From Octopus vulgaris (lineage: Eukaryota): a stretch of 64,000 bases of DNA. The position numbers and the translations under genes are program-made. The stretch covers positions 172,422,001-172,486,000 of the forward strand of contig OX597815.1 in the NCBI GenBank assembly GCA_951406725.2. The letters are read 5' to 3'. Position 1 is the stretch's first letter; every line of letters starts with the position of its first letter. The notes beneath the pieces are model-generated. The model was not told where the DNA came from. It did not search any database and worked only from the letters and a program-made list of their open reading frames with translations. This document shows, one piece after another, positions 41,165 through 53,848 of the stretch.

Positions 41165-41558
41165 TCTCTCTATATATATAAAGTTGAAGTTGTCTGTGTA
41201 TGGCAGGTTTAGTAGCCTTCAACTAACACTATCTCCTCCGAGACCCTGCAGCACAAGTTGACCAAAATTGAGAGTATGATAGAAGAAGACTTGCTCTTCC
41301 TTCTGTAGAAGATAAAATTCAAATCGGACCATGTTAACACCAAAAATTATTTACATCAAAAAGGTGCTTTTTTTCTATGAAAATCCTATTTTTTACGATT
41401 TTTTTTACTGCTGTGTCACCATTTTTTGGTGTATTTCAACCAGAAAAATGTTCACTTAAAGAGAATAACAAGCTACATAATCCAAAATTTTTACTTTTCA
41501 AAAATTCCAATTCTAAATGGTTAAAACAAACCCGAGCAATGCCGGGCGATACTGCTAG
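41165..41558 (+). mobile_element. Non-autonomous Helitron
   Basis: Starts TC (tctctctatatatataaag) after A and ends with the hairpin cccgagcaatgccggg then CTAG before T, which are canonical Helitron termini. Confidence 0.75.
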
Positions 41559-43554
41559 TTTTTTCTGAAATTATAATTTTTAATGATTTTTGCTCTTATT
41601 GAAAATAAGGAATTATGCAAAGCATTCCAATAAATTAGAGAGAAAATTTATCTATAATGTTATTCCACTTGTCACAACATGTGTTCAACTAATACACTTT
41701 CAATAACCTAATTTAGGGAACAAAACAAAAATACAATTGTCAAAATCTTGAACTTAGTAAAATAACGTTAAGAAGATCTACAAATGTATACGGCAAACAG
41801 AAAGATGTTTTTATAAAATGAGGAATTTCTAAGAATCTTGCAAACAAATAACTAATGTCATAATCTTACTAAAAAAGCAGAATGCTAATGCAGAGAATCC
41901 TCAAAGAGAACCAAAAGAAAAGACGGGTGAATCCTCTCTCAAACAGTGTAAGTGAAATTTTGTTGGAGAGAAGAAAATTGTTTTTAAAAATAAATACTGA
42001 AAAAACGTTCTCCACAAAACAAAATGATGCACAACTTATCACTTAATACTTTTTTTATATGAGGAAGATATTGCAACAGCAATGAAATAAATTGAATTTA
42101 ATACTATCTCTTAATCAATAAATGTTGCAAATCGTTGAAAGACTTTCTTTTAGTTATATCCATTTGACAAAATGAAGGAATAATTTTTGTGACAATATTC
42201 CTATATACAAGCAATGGCTAAACAAAATTTGAAACTTTACATAGATTTTCAAAAATATGATCAAAGTTACTGATAATATTTTCAAAATGAAGAAATGCAT
42301 AATACAAAAACACACATGAATATAAGAACGAAAATCAGATTAGTGGAGACATCAAAAATCCTTATAAATTAGACTTTAAGAGAAAAGAGAGTGGTGCTAA
42401 AATTTATACATGTGGAGAGCTATCAACCTATATATTTCTAACTTAGTCTTTCCAACATCAGTGCTAGAATCCATACAAATATTTCTAATCCTAATGGTAA
42501 ATTTTATAATTTTAGTTATGAATAACACATTTTGTGATAAAGAACCTAAAAATGGTATTTTACAAATCATACCAGATGGATATGTTATAATTCAACTCAT
42601 TTTCATAGGTAGTATTTGGTCCCATTGGCTGGCACCATGGTCTTCTACTATAACCTCAGGCTGACCAAAGCCTTGTGAGAGGATTTGGTAGACAGAAACT
42701 GAAAGAAGCTAGTCGTATACATATATACGTGTGTGTGTATATATATGTGTGTTTGCATCTGGGGTTGATTCATTCAACTAAAAAATTCTTCAAGGCAATG
42801 CCCCAGCATGGCCACAGTCTAATGACTGAAACAAGTAAAGGATAACAAGTAAAAGGTGAAAGGTAAATGTACATCTAATACTATAAGGCATGATGTCTGA
42901 AACTGACTGAAGACCACTAGATTATGAAGTGAAACAAAACCCTGAAATACAAGATAAGGCATTTGGTTGAGCATAGCGAATTCATATTTATTTATACAGA
43001 ATTTAATATATTCACTTTGAAGGGATATAGGCTAAACCTGTCTGCAGGACAGATGACTATCTCTCAGAAAAAAAGGGAAACACACTTTCTTGAAAATAAT
43101 AAAGGAATCAAAATTAGTCCTATGCTTCCAATTGATAACACGTTTCTTTAGTTTCTGTAAACAAAATGATGCTTTAGATTAAATATTTGTTTAAATCACA
43201 GGGTGGGAGGACAAGAAAAAAACAAAACAGGTTAATTAAATATAAAATTCATCCTATTTTTCCAAAGTTAGACTTTCAGTGAAAGGAAAGAAGTATTATG
43301 TTTTTAGATTGCATTGAGGCAGTCTTAGCAACCATTCTAAGAAATGTTATTCAAGAAATATATCATTCAAAGATATTTAACTACGATAAACAACAAATGC
43401 AAGAACAATATTGCAAATATTTATTCAGTTTCAAATTTAGTGCCTGATATAATTATTTTCTCCAACAAATGTTGGTAAAATAATAATGTATTGTGTGTGT
43501 GTGTGTGTGTGTGTGTGTGCACGCATGTCCATGGCGCATTCACACATCTGCACA

Positions 43555-43617
<63 letters not shown>

Positions 43618-43729
43618 ATTTAGGAATGGTCATTTTGCCAGTTTAGCCAATAAAAACACACACACTATATATTTGGTGTTACTTTGCTTCAACGTTATTT
43701 ATTTTTTACATTAATCTTAATCTTATTTC

Positions 43730-43774
43730 GGCCAGAGTTCTTTCGTCACACTCCTGTGACTGCATCAGTGGTCC
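43730..43774 (-). ncRNA. Minimal type-I hammerhead ribozyme-like motif in a PLE-like repeat
   Basis: GGACCA CUGAUGCA GUCACA GGAG UGUGAC GAAA GAACUC UGGCC; perfect 6-bp stem II, one deviation in the CUGANGA core. Confidence 0.6.
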
Positions 43775-43981
43775 TTTGCTTTCTTCTTTCTTATTTGTGT
43801 GTCTCTCCTTACTAATGGTCAGCCATTTTGTATTTCGTATTCCTACTGTATGTGTCTTCATTTGCGCATGTGTATACCTCTATGTGTGTCTATGTTTAGT
43901 TAGTGTGTGTGTGGGGGGGAAGTTATTATTATTATTATACATACATACATACATACATACATAATAATGATGATGATGATG

Positions 43982-44015
<34 letters not shown>

Positions 44016-44244
44016 GTAAGTGTAAACACATGAACAAAATAAAAAATAAACAAAAATAAAAACAAAAACAAAAACAAATTACACAAACGTATATAAACAG
44101 GAGATACAAATATTACAGACACTTAATAGTAGGGAATATAAAATTCCAAACTTACAGGGAAAATTCAATTTAGCAATACTAAATCAAATTTCACAATATA
44201 TATGTAAATAATTAAGAGATAAAACCTATATTAAGCAATTCAAT

Positions 44245-45526
44245 TACTTGTTGCCATTTTATATTTTTAATTTTGCACATGCACTTTGTTTGTTTTTAAT
44301 TTTGTTGACTACACAGTATAGTAGGGGTAGTTGGGCACTATCTGTGTGAAAAACAGCATTATAACACTAGTCACTCAGCCATAACTTTGGAAACATGTTG
44401 CACTGCTTGGCATTTGTATGAAGGCTCCAATACGAACATTTCAGAGTATTTGGGTGTCAATCTGAGGATAGTGCAGAGGATTTGGATAGAGTTGGATGAG
44501 TCTAATGGTAATTATGAAGGTACAGCAGCTTGGAAAACTCACTCTAATTGTTCTGATCAGAAAAGAACTCCTGAATTTGTTGGTGAGATCCAGGCCATGA
44601 TTGACAACGATCCTTCCAACTCAATCAGGTCCATCACTAAGGACATGAGAGTGGCTGAGTTTCTTATCAGGCAGGTAGTGCATGAAGACATTCAGTATTC
44701 CTCATACAAGATGAGAAAGGGTCAATTTTTATCCCAAACCATCAAGAACAAGAGGAAAGACCACACTATGAAGCTTTTGAACAAACTCAAGCATCCCCTC
44801 CAACCGAACATGCGTTGGTTTTTCTCAGACAAGAAAAATTTCTGCCAGGATCAGCTGGGGAACACACAGAACAACTGTTGGCTTGCTATGTCTCCAAAAC
44901 ATGTACTGAGAGTGATAAAAATCAAACATCCAGTCAACATCATGGTGTTTAGAGTGATCACTAGTGATGGTGACGTTATGCCTCCATTCATCTTCCTACA
45001 CAGATTCTGACTCAACATAGAGGCCTACATCAAGTGCCTGGAGGAGGTAGTGTTGCCCTGGATGAAGAAGGGTGGCTGCTGGAAGATCCTATGTCTGGCA
45101 ACAGGACTCTGCACCATGCCACACAGCAGGAGAACCCAGTCATGGCTGATAGGCAATTTCTGCAACCAAATCACCCCTAAATCTGGCCACCTACTCCCCA
45201 CACTGCAACCCCCTTGATTATTATGTATGGGGTGCAGTTGGGCGAGAGACCAACAAAACTTCTTGTAACACCAAAGATGAACTGAAGGCAAGGATTATGG
45301 CAGCATTCACTAACTTAAACAAGGAGACTTCCAGAAGAATTGCACAAAATTCCAAAGTTGTCTGGAGGCCGTAATTGAAGCCAATGGCGATTTTATTAAA
45401 TAAATTTACTCTTTAGTATTTCAAGACATTTTTATGTAATTGTGGTAAATATATGTTAAAATGGGATGTCAGTGTTATTTTCTTTTTTGTGTAATTTAGA
45501 TGATAATTCATTCACAGCACCCAATA
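44245..45526 (+). mobile_element. Degenerate Tc1/mariner-superfamily transposon, maT (DD37D)-like
   Basis: ORF 44387..45010 continues through stops and frameshifts with WFFSDKKNF, VWQQDSAPCH, WPP..P.CNPLDYYVWG and LEAVIEANGDFIK; TIR remnant near 45510-45526. Confidence 0.9.
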
Positions 45527-46017
45527 CATACATATATATATTTTTATAACAATTCTTTGGTCTTTGAGTTACTTTACAGGTTAAACAATGAGGAAATTTT
45601 CAAGGATACTCTGTAAAAACTTACTTGGTGTTTACTGTACTCTAGAACTTTACTTTGGGTGTTGCCATCACTTCCAATCGTTTCTATTATATCATCTTCA
45701 GCTTGAGTCTAGGCACAAATTACAATCTTTTATAAAGTACATTAAACCAAGAACACACAAATACAACCTTGCGTATATGTGTGTCAATTTTCATTGATAT
45801 TCATTTCACTATTCAATTCACTGTTTCAAAGACAGCTTGTCACTGTATAAGAAGCTTTTGAATACCAATGGAATGTTACAAATTTTACTTTATATATATA
45901 TTGCTTTTTTCACTGTTGTATTTTTAAAATTTATTACTACATGTGTTTATGTGTATGAATGTGTGTGTAACAATTTATAACCAAAAATACATTTACTTTT
46001 ATACTTATGTATGTATG

Positions 46018-46420
46018 TCATTATTCAGTTTATTTCAAGATTTCTTACCAATAGAGAAAGAATCAGTTTCTAACCTAGATCCAAAGCTCCTTCATTGGAA
46101 TTTCAACGTCAATAACAGGGTATGTATGTATGTATGTATGTATGTATGTATGTATGTATGTATGTATGTATGTATGTATGTATGTATGTATGTATGTGCA
46201 GATTTGTATGTTTTATGTATGTATTCTCATGCATATAGTTGCATATCTAGATGTGCTCATATATATTTAAATGATAAACTTCTGGAAAATTTTACAGATT
46301 TTTACAGTCCCAATGATGGATTGGATCTGTAGTCTTCGAATTAGCTTTCTTCTTTCTGGTTTTGAGAAGCCTAATTTCTCAAGATTGGTATTTAGGCAGT
46401 GTGCAACATATCCCAGGGTT
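46018..46420 (-). mobile_element. 3' end of a restriction-like-endonuclease LINE (R4/Dong-like) inserted in (CATA)n
   Basis: LGYVAHCLNTNLEKLGFSKPERRKLIRRLQIQSIIGTVKICKIFQKFII then stop; 3'UTR with AATAAA; microsatellite on both sides. Confidence 0.7.
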
Positions 46421-46497
46421 GTATGTATGTATGCATGCATGTATGTATGTATGTATGTATGTATGCATGCATGCATGTATGTATGTATGTATGTATG

Positions 46498-46531
<34 letters not shown>

Positions 46532-46559
46532 TGCACGTATGTATGTATGCATGTACATT

Positions 46560-47393
46560 ACTGTAACAATCCCTCACACCCAACCTTATGCAATACATAT
46601 TCCACCGAATTCTATGGATAAATTCATTAATCCTAAATATTAATTCCTTAATGTAAGTATCCTTGGTTGGTATTGGTATATCCTTTAGCGATGAGTCCAT
46701 CCGTATTATCTCCATTTTTCCAACAGTATTCATTTTGAGGGACTATCATACCATACTCAAATGTACTCACTCTTACCAGCAATACTCCAAATATTGCATA
46801 GATAGTTTATACATATACAAGTATTAGCAATAGATATTCCTCAATGAATTTATCCATAGAATTCAGTGGAATATGCATTGAATAATATACTATATGTATT
46901 TATGTTATTATGGTTGTCGTTTTGATAAATAAATAAGTCAACATTATAATATCCTAAAGCTGATGAACCAACTAATGTGCTTCTCCATTTTCTTATTTGT
47001 AATATAAATTAATGGTAAAATATTTCTTTACCTTCACCCATTCAATACAATAAGTAAGTTTATTTGCATTGCAATTAAAAACACTTGTGTATTAATAATT
47101 GGATATTATACCAACAGTATATTGGATAATTATCCCTTAGTGGGTTGAATCCACAACCCCTAACTTACTTGGTGTTAAATAATAATTAAATGAGGAATAT
47201 CTATTACTAATACTTGTATACGTATAAATAATCTATGCAATATTTGGAGTATTGCTGGTAAGAGTGAGTACATTTGAGTATGGTATGATAGTCCCTCAAA
47301 ATGAATACTGTTGTTAAAATGGAGATAATTCGGATGGACTCATCGCTAAAGGATATACCAATACCAACTACGGACACTTACATTAAGGAATTA
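46560..47393. mobile_element. Penelope-like element relic with inverted arms
   Basis: ~203-bp inverted repeat 46641-46843 / 47191-47393; minus-strand translation SSLKDIPIPTKDTYIKELIFRINEFIHRIRW resembles the N-terminus of PLE ORFs as I recall them; hammerhead-like motif in the spacer. Confidence 0.65.
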
Positions 47394-47990
47394 GTTACAT
47401 TGACACCAATACGTGACTGGTACTTATTTTATAAATCCCTAAAAGATGTTCATCCGACTTATTTAACTAGAATACATTAGAAAATGTTATCTCAACAACA
47501 TAAAAAGATGGGAAGGTCACTGCTAAGATATCTTTTATCATGGGCATGCTCAATAAGGGCTAACCTGAGTCTAATCAACAACTACAGGTATTTCGCATTG
47601 TAACAATTAATTAATTCATTTATAAAACCTCAATTCTGTATGAAAACAGTTGAAATTTGCATAAAAATAATGGTTTAAAATTTTGGCACAAGATCAGCAG
47701 TTTTTGAGGGGAGGGAGAAGTCAGTTACATTGACACCAATACTTGACTGGTACATATTTTATCAACCCCCAAAAGATGCTCATTATGACTATGTCTCATT
47801 ATGACTATGAATCAAATCAACAACTTTGCAGGCTATATCAAGAGAAATACAGAGCCCTGAATGTCTAATACACATCCTATACATTCTTAGCACTAATCAC
47901 ATCACTTAGATATTGCATTTAGTCATTCATCAGAGTAAGTTTTGAAAATTTCATTCAATACTTTTTATTAGTGCTTCTTATTTTATCTAG

Positions 47991-48411
47991 CAACATATGG
48001 ATGCGAGACCTGGACACTGAAGAAAGCTGACCAGAAGAGAATTAATTCATTCGAGCTTTGGTGTTGGAGAAGACTTTTACGGATTCCATGGACAGTGAGG
48101 CTCACCAATGGAGAAGTTCTTAACCAGATCAAGCCGAAACTGTCACTAGAAGCTAGGATCACCAAGCATAGATCGACATATTTTGGTCATATTATGCAAA
48201 GAAAATCCCTGGAGAAGGACATCATGCTCGGAATGGTCAGTGGCAAGAGAGGAAGAGGCCGACCAAGAACCCGCTGGCTTGACACCATCAAGAGTGACAC
48301 GGGAATGGACATAGCCAATCTGAAAGAAGCGACCCAGGATAGAACTGGCTGAAGGACACTGCTCCATTGAGTAACTGAGAGTCGACTTCGACTGAGTGGA
48401 TAAATACATAG
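47991..48411 (+). mobile_element. 5'-truncated RTE/BovB-like LINE with target-site duplication
   Basis: YGCETWTLKKADQKRINSFELWCWRRLLRIPWT...YFGHIMQRKSLEKDIMLGMVSGKRGRGRPRTRWLDTIK; TSD attttatctag at 47980-47990 and 48412-48422. Confidence 0.92.
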
Positions 48412-48460
48412 ATTTTATCTAGAACTTATCTGTTTGACTTCTAGGTCTTTTAAAGTTCAT

Positions 48461-48675
48461 TTAGTCCTTCAGCATTTAAACTTACAATATCTGGCCAAAA
48501 TATTCTATATGTTTTACGTTCAAACTGACCAGCTCCAATCTCTCACACCTATCCTACAATGTCATTTCAAAACTAAGCAATCACATCATCAAAATCTTGA
48601 AGCACGATCAATTCAAAAGAATGTGAATAAATAAGAATTACATTTGACAGAGCAATCTGTATGCTAAAGGGTTAA
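48461..48675. mobile_element. piggyBac-like TTAA MITE, copy 4
   Basis: Same body; 3' end atgctaaaggg-TTAA. Confidence 0.75.
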
Positions 48676-49264
48676 TAATCCATTATTGATAACGCATTCT
48701 AATCTTATCTCATTCAAATGATTGACATCATATTTTGAAATTTATAGGCATAGGCATGGCTATTCGCATGAGTGTGGCTGTGGTAAAGAAGCTTGCTTCC
48801 CTATTGTGTGGTCTTGAGTTCAATACCACTGCACAGCACCTTAGGTAAATATCTCTTACTATAGCCCTGGGCTAACTAAAGCCTTGTAAGTGTAAATCTG
48901 GTAGATGGAAGCTGAAAGTAGCCTGCCATATATGTATATGTACATGTGTGTGTGTGTGTGTGTGTGTGCATTTGCATGTACCCTTGTCTTGACGCCATGG
49001 GATGGTTGCAAATGGAAACAAAAGGGGTATTTGGCGGTAGAATATCTGCCACCACAAATTCTCTCTGACCATGCAAGCATGGAATAAGGGACATTAAATA
49101 ATGGTGGTGGTGGTGGTGGTGGTGGTGGTGGCAGTGGTCAGGGGAGGAGGAGGAGAGTGTGAGTTCTACCACAGTTTTCACATGATAAGAATTTTTGAGC
49201 GCCCACTTCCAAATTAAGTAATGGCCTCTCATTTTACAAATGCCATAATTGACTCTCATCTCAT

Positions 49265-49295
<31 letters not shown>

Positions 49296-49915
49296 CCATC
49301 ATCATTTAACATCTGTTTTTCATGCTGGCATGAGTTGGACGGTTTGACTGAGGACTGGCAAACTGGAGAGCTGTGCCAGGTTGCAGTTGCCTGTTTTGGC
49401 ATGGTTTCTACAGCTGGATGCCCTTCCTAATGCCAACCACTTTACAAAGTGTGCTGAATGCTTTCTACATGCCACTGGCATGATTGCATTTATGCACTAG
49501 CACCAGTGCATTTATGCAGCACCAGCACAAATGCAGTTTACATGGAACTAGCATGAGTGCATTTTATGTAGTACCAGCACCTGCAAAGGACATGCCATCT
49601 CAAGTACAGCAAATCGTCACAACTCCCAGTCCTTTGTCAGAGCCTCACTTATAAAGATTTATTACTTATTTTGAATTAATATAAGATTAGTCTTGGGCTT
49701 TGAGTTGTTTTAATTCTGTAAAATGACTTAAGTTGTGTGGGAAAATGTAAAGCAATGCACTTGATAGGAAAATATGTTTGCGGTTTTATATACAATATAA
49801 TAACATTTTATACTAACTTAATATACAGTTAAATTAAATGTGAAACAACTATAATAAACTTTCTATACCAGTCCAGTAAAGCACAAGAAAATAGCATTTA
49901 AAAAAACCATCTTAC

Positions 49916-50587
49916 TTTTAATTTTACCAAACTTGAAGATAGTTTTGCAGAATCAGGACTTATTCTGCTCACACTGTCTAATGATTGTGTGTATCCGTAA
50001 ATAGATCTCTTGCTTTCTAATTTCCTCAATTTGGATAGTTGCTCCATTCTGTATTCACTGTATGTCAATTGGCTTTCTGTTTGAGTTGATACTGTAAAAT
50101 AGATAATTTCTGTTTCACCTAGTTCTGTTTCAGTGCCTTCTGATACTTTAGTCCCATCTGATGATTCAACTCTTTCTGGTGCTTTGCTTACTTCATGTAG
50201 TTTGGTTGCTTTGGTTGCTTCTGGTGTTTTGTGCGCTTTGGTTGCTTCTGGTGTTTTGTGTGCTTTGGTTGCTTCTGATGTTTTGTGTGGTTTGGTTGCT
50301 TCTGATGTTTTGTGTGGTTTGGTTGCTTCTGGCATTTTAGTTGTTTCTGATGTTTTAGATGCTTCTGATAATTTGGATGCTTTACGTGCTCTGCTTCCTG
50401 ATATCTTTTTTGTTACTTCTGGTGCTTTGGTGGCTCCTGTATCAAGAACTTTGGAATCCTTATGTGAACTCTCAGTGATGCTTGTTTTTGCAGAATCACT
50501 CTTCAAAGTTTCTTCATGGAAACTTACTGTTGGAGAGGAAGGTAATGGTACTGTGTCTGGAGGCTTTTCAAGATCTGCATCACACTC
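49916..50587 (-). CDS. Gene B large symmetric exon (672 nt) with 9-aa tandem repeats
   Basis: Acceptor tttctgtttttag, donor gtaaga; ECDADLEKPPDTVPLPSSPTVSFHEETLKSDSAK...EATKPHKTS/EATKAHKTP repeats...SSSLVKLK; phase 0 to 0; largely overlaps ORF 49898..50506. Confidence 0.88.
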
Positions 50588-50744
50588 CTAAAAACAGAAA
50601 TTATTTTGATGTAACCAATTTACTACAGTCATTTTAATTGTGCTATCAAATCCAGATACAAATAAGCAAAATCATATTTCCCTATGAATGCAATAACAAT
50701 AAAGCAACAAAACAAAATGCAATCACCCAAACATAATCTTCACC

Positions 50745-51153
50745 AAAACACTTGTGTATTAATAATTGGGTATTATACCAACAGTATATTGGATAATTAT
50801 ACCTTAGTGGGTTGGATCCACAACCCCTAACTTACTTGGTGTTAAATAATAATTAAATGAGGAATATCTATTACTAATACTTGTATATGTATAAATAATC
50901 TATGCAATATTTGGAGTATTGCTGGTAAGAGTGAGTACATTTGAGTATGGTATGATAGTCCCTCAAAATGAATACCGTTGTTAAAATAGAGATAATTCGG
51001 ATGGACTCATCACTAAAAGATATACCAATACCAACTACGGACACTTACATTAAGGAATTAGTTACATTGACACCAATACTTGACTGGTACTTATTTTATA
51101 AATCCCCAAAAGATGTTCATCTTACTTATTTAACTAGAATACATTAGAAAATG
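50745..51153 (+). repeat. 409-bp direct duplicate of 47078-47486
   Basis: Near-identical by eye, including the PLE/SINE/unique junctions. Confidence 0.95.
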
Positions 51154-52457
51154 ATATATATATCTGCACACACAGACAAACAAGTCTTTAAACTTGACTA
51201 AAAAAAAAGAATACACATTAATAGAGACATTCACAAAAATCACTCAGCCATGAATACTCAAGCATGCTATCAATTATAACAATGAGTGTTCCAGTTGATC
51301 CAATCAATGGAACAGCCTGTTCATGAAATTAATGTGCAAGTGGAAGAGCACGCCATGGGCACATGTAACCTTAACGTAGTTTACAGGGAGATTCAGCCTG
51401 ACACAGGATGTGACAAGGCTAGCCCTTAGAAATACAGGTAGAACTCATTTTTGTCTGCTGAGTGAATTGGGGCAATGTAAAATAAAGTGTCTTGCTCAAG
51501 AATACAACGTGCCACCAGGAATCAAACTCATGACCTTACAATTATGAGCCAATACCTTAACCACTTACTCATGCACCTTCACTTCATGAATTCTAACACA
51601 ATGCAAAACACAATCAAATTTTTTTATAAACCCATACCTCCTTCTAATAAAAGAAACAGATTCAACAAAGAAACAAATCAATAGCTTTAATTAGATTAAT
51701 AGATCTTCTAAAACACCCTTTGATCAAAGTTGACCATGTAAGATAATCAACAGTGTATGAGCAGAAACTAAGCACAGTTCATCATTTCTCCATTTCTGTG
51801 TTTTAGTTTTGCATCCCATTTGTGAAACTTATAGATATATTAGTAAATAGGAAATTACTTTGACTGATATTACCTTCACTGTGAACATATTTATGAAATA
51901 TAAAAATGTTTAATGCCATAACAGCATTATAAGAAACTAACATTATTATAGTAGCTTTTAAATACTTCATTAGACACATGTTAGTTTGGACATTAGATAT
52001 GATTGACTTATGGATATATAATCCACATTATTAGGAAATTTGACTGGATATTTGATAGAATTTGAATTGCATCTGTAATATGTACACCAATTAAGATTTT
52101 AAGTCTAGGGTAAGTTCATATTAAACACAAATAAGTACAGTATAAATATTCATACCATTATACACATATTAAGTGAAGACACATAGCCTAGTGGTTAAGA
52201 TGTTGCAATCATGATTGCAAGATCATGGTTTCAATCCCTAGATTGGGCGGTACATAGTGTTCTTGAGAAAAGCACTTCATCTCACATTGCATTGCAATCA
52301 CTTTGATGCCTGATGTGTGGTACACCATGCACCTGCTCAAGCAATGTCAATTTGATGGAGGGAGTGAGCCCTATAAACAAATGATTTGTGCAGGTTGTTT
52401 GGCAAAAGCTGAACACTCATATGTCATCTTCGATGGGAAAGTCCATTATACACTTTA

Positions 52458-52880
52458 ACTCTTTTAAGTCTTTTAATTGTTTCAGTCATTTCACTGAGGC
52501 CATGCTGGAGCACCGCCTTTAGTCTAACAATTCTACCCCACGACTTATTCTTTGGAAGCCTAGTACTTATTCTATCAGTCTCTTTTGCCGAACCACTAAG
52601 TTACGTGGACGTAAACACACCAGCATCGGTTGTCAAGCAATGTTGGGGGGATAAACATACACACATATACATATATACATATACACATATATACATATAC
52701 ACATACGTATACATATATACAACGGGCTTCTTTCAGTTTCCATCTACCAAATCCACTTACAAGGCTTTGGTTGGCCCGAGGCTATAGTAGAAGACACTTG
52801 CCCAAAGTGCCATGGAGTGGGACTGAACCCAGGACCATGTGGTTGTTGAGCAAGCTACTTACCACACAGCCACTCCTGCA
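52458..52880 (-). mobile_element. SINE family A
   Basis: Full-length reverse copy. Confidence 0.9.
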
Positions 52881-53166
52881 GCTATTAATATTGTAATTAC
52901 TTTCCATCACCATCATTATCCTCATTGTTAAGGTTGCAAACTAGCAGAATCATTAGTCTGTTGGACAAAGTGTTTAGTGGCATTTCTTCCGGTTCTTTAC
53001 ATTTTGAGTTCAAATTCTGTCAAGGTCAACTTTGCCTTTCATCCTTTCAGATTCGATAAAAAAAGTACCAGTTGAGTACTGAGGTCAGTGTAATCAACTA
53101 CACCTCTCTCTTCCAATAACTAGCCTTGTGTCAAAATTTGAAACCATTGTTGTTGTTGTTGTTATT

Positions 53167-53715
53167 GAGTGAGAGAGCAGTGCATGCCATCAAAGCGACG
53201 CTGGGATAAAATATACGAAGCCCAGTATACCCATCATGACCATCCGTCTAATAAGGGTACACCAAACACATGCATCACAACCATATGTGCACGACATGGT
53301 GATCTCATATCAAGATTAACAGTGCATGACCTTGCAGGAGGGGCCCAGTTAGAATTTTCTTCTGGTCGAGTAGCACATCCCACTCAAAAGGTCCCTGAAT
53401 AAGGGTTGCTTAAGTATGTTGAACGAAACACCCGTGTTTCCAGAGGTGAATTATCCAAACCCCAAAGAATTCCTCTCAATACATGGATATGATGCTCTCC
53501 ATCTACTTTTGCTCATGATCAGAGATGCACATATCATCAGCCACTAAGGGACATGCTCAACTGATTAAGATCACACAAGTGACAAGCAAATCTGTGGTAC
53601 TGAGCAGAATATTTGCTGTAGCTCATCTTTTATACCAAGACAAAACAATGTACATGATAACACTTCCAATCAATTAAGATCAGAAGCCATGAGAGCCACT
53701 GTCTGGTACTGCATC

Positions 53716-53716
<1 letters not shown>
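53167..53716. repeat. Unclassified insertion between (GTT)n and (TAT)n tracts
   Basis: Sharp GC-richer block flanked by microsatellites, typical of microsatellite-targeting retroelement ends; no coding motif recognised. Confidence 0.4.
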
Positions 53717-53778
<62 letters not shown>

Positions 53779-53794
53779 CATCATCATCTTCCTA

Positions 53795-53848
<54 letters not shown>
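53716..53848. repeat. (TAT)n microsatellite
   Basis: Direct inspection. Confidence 0.95.

Noticed and set aside
50133-50591. 152-aa plus-strand ORF
   Set aside because: Antisense shadow of the repetitive gene B exon
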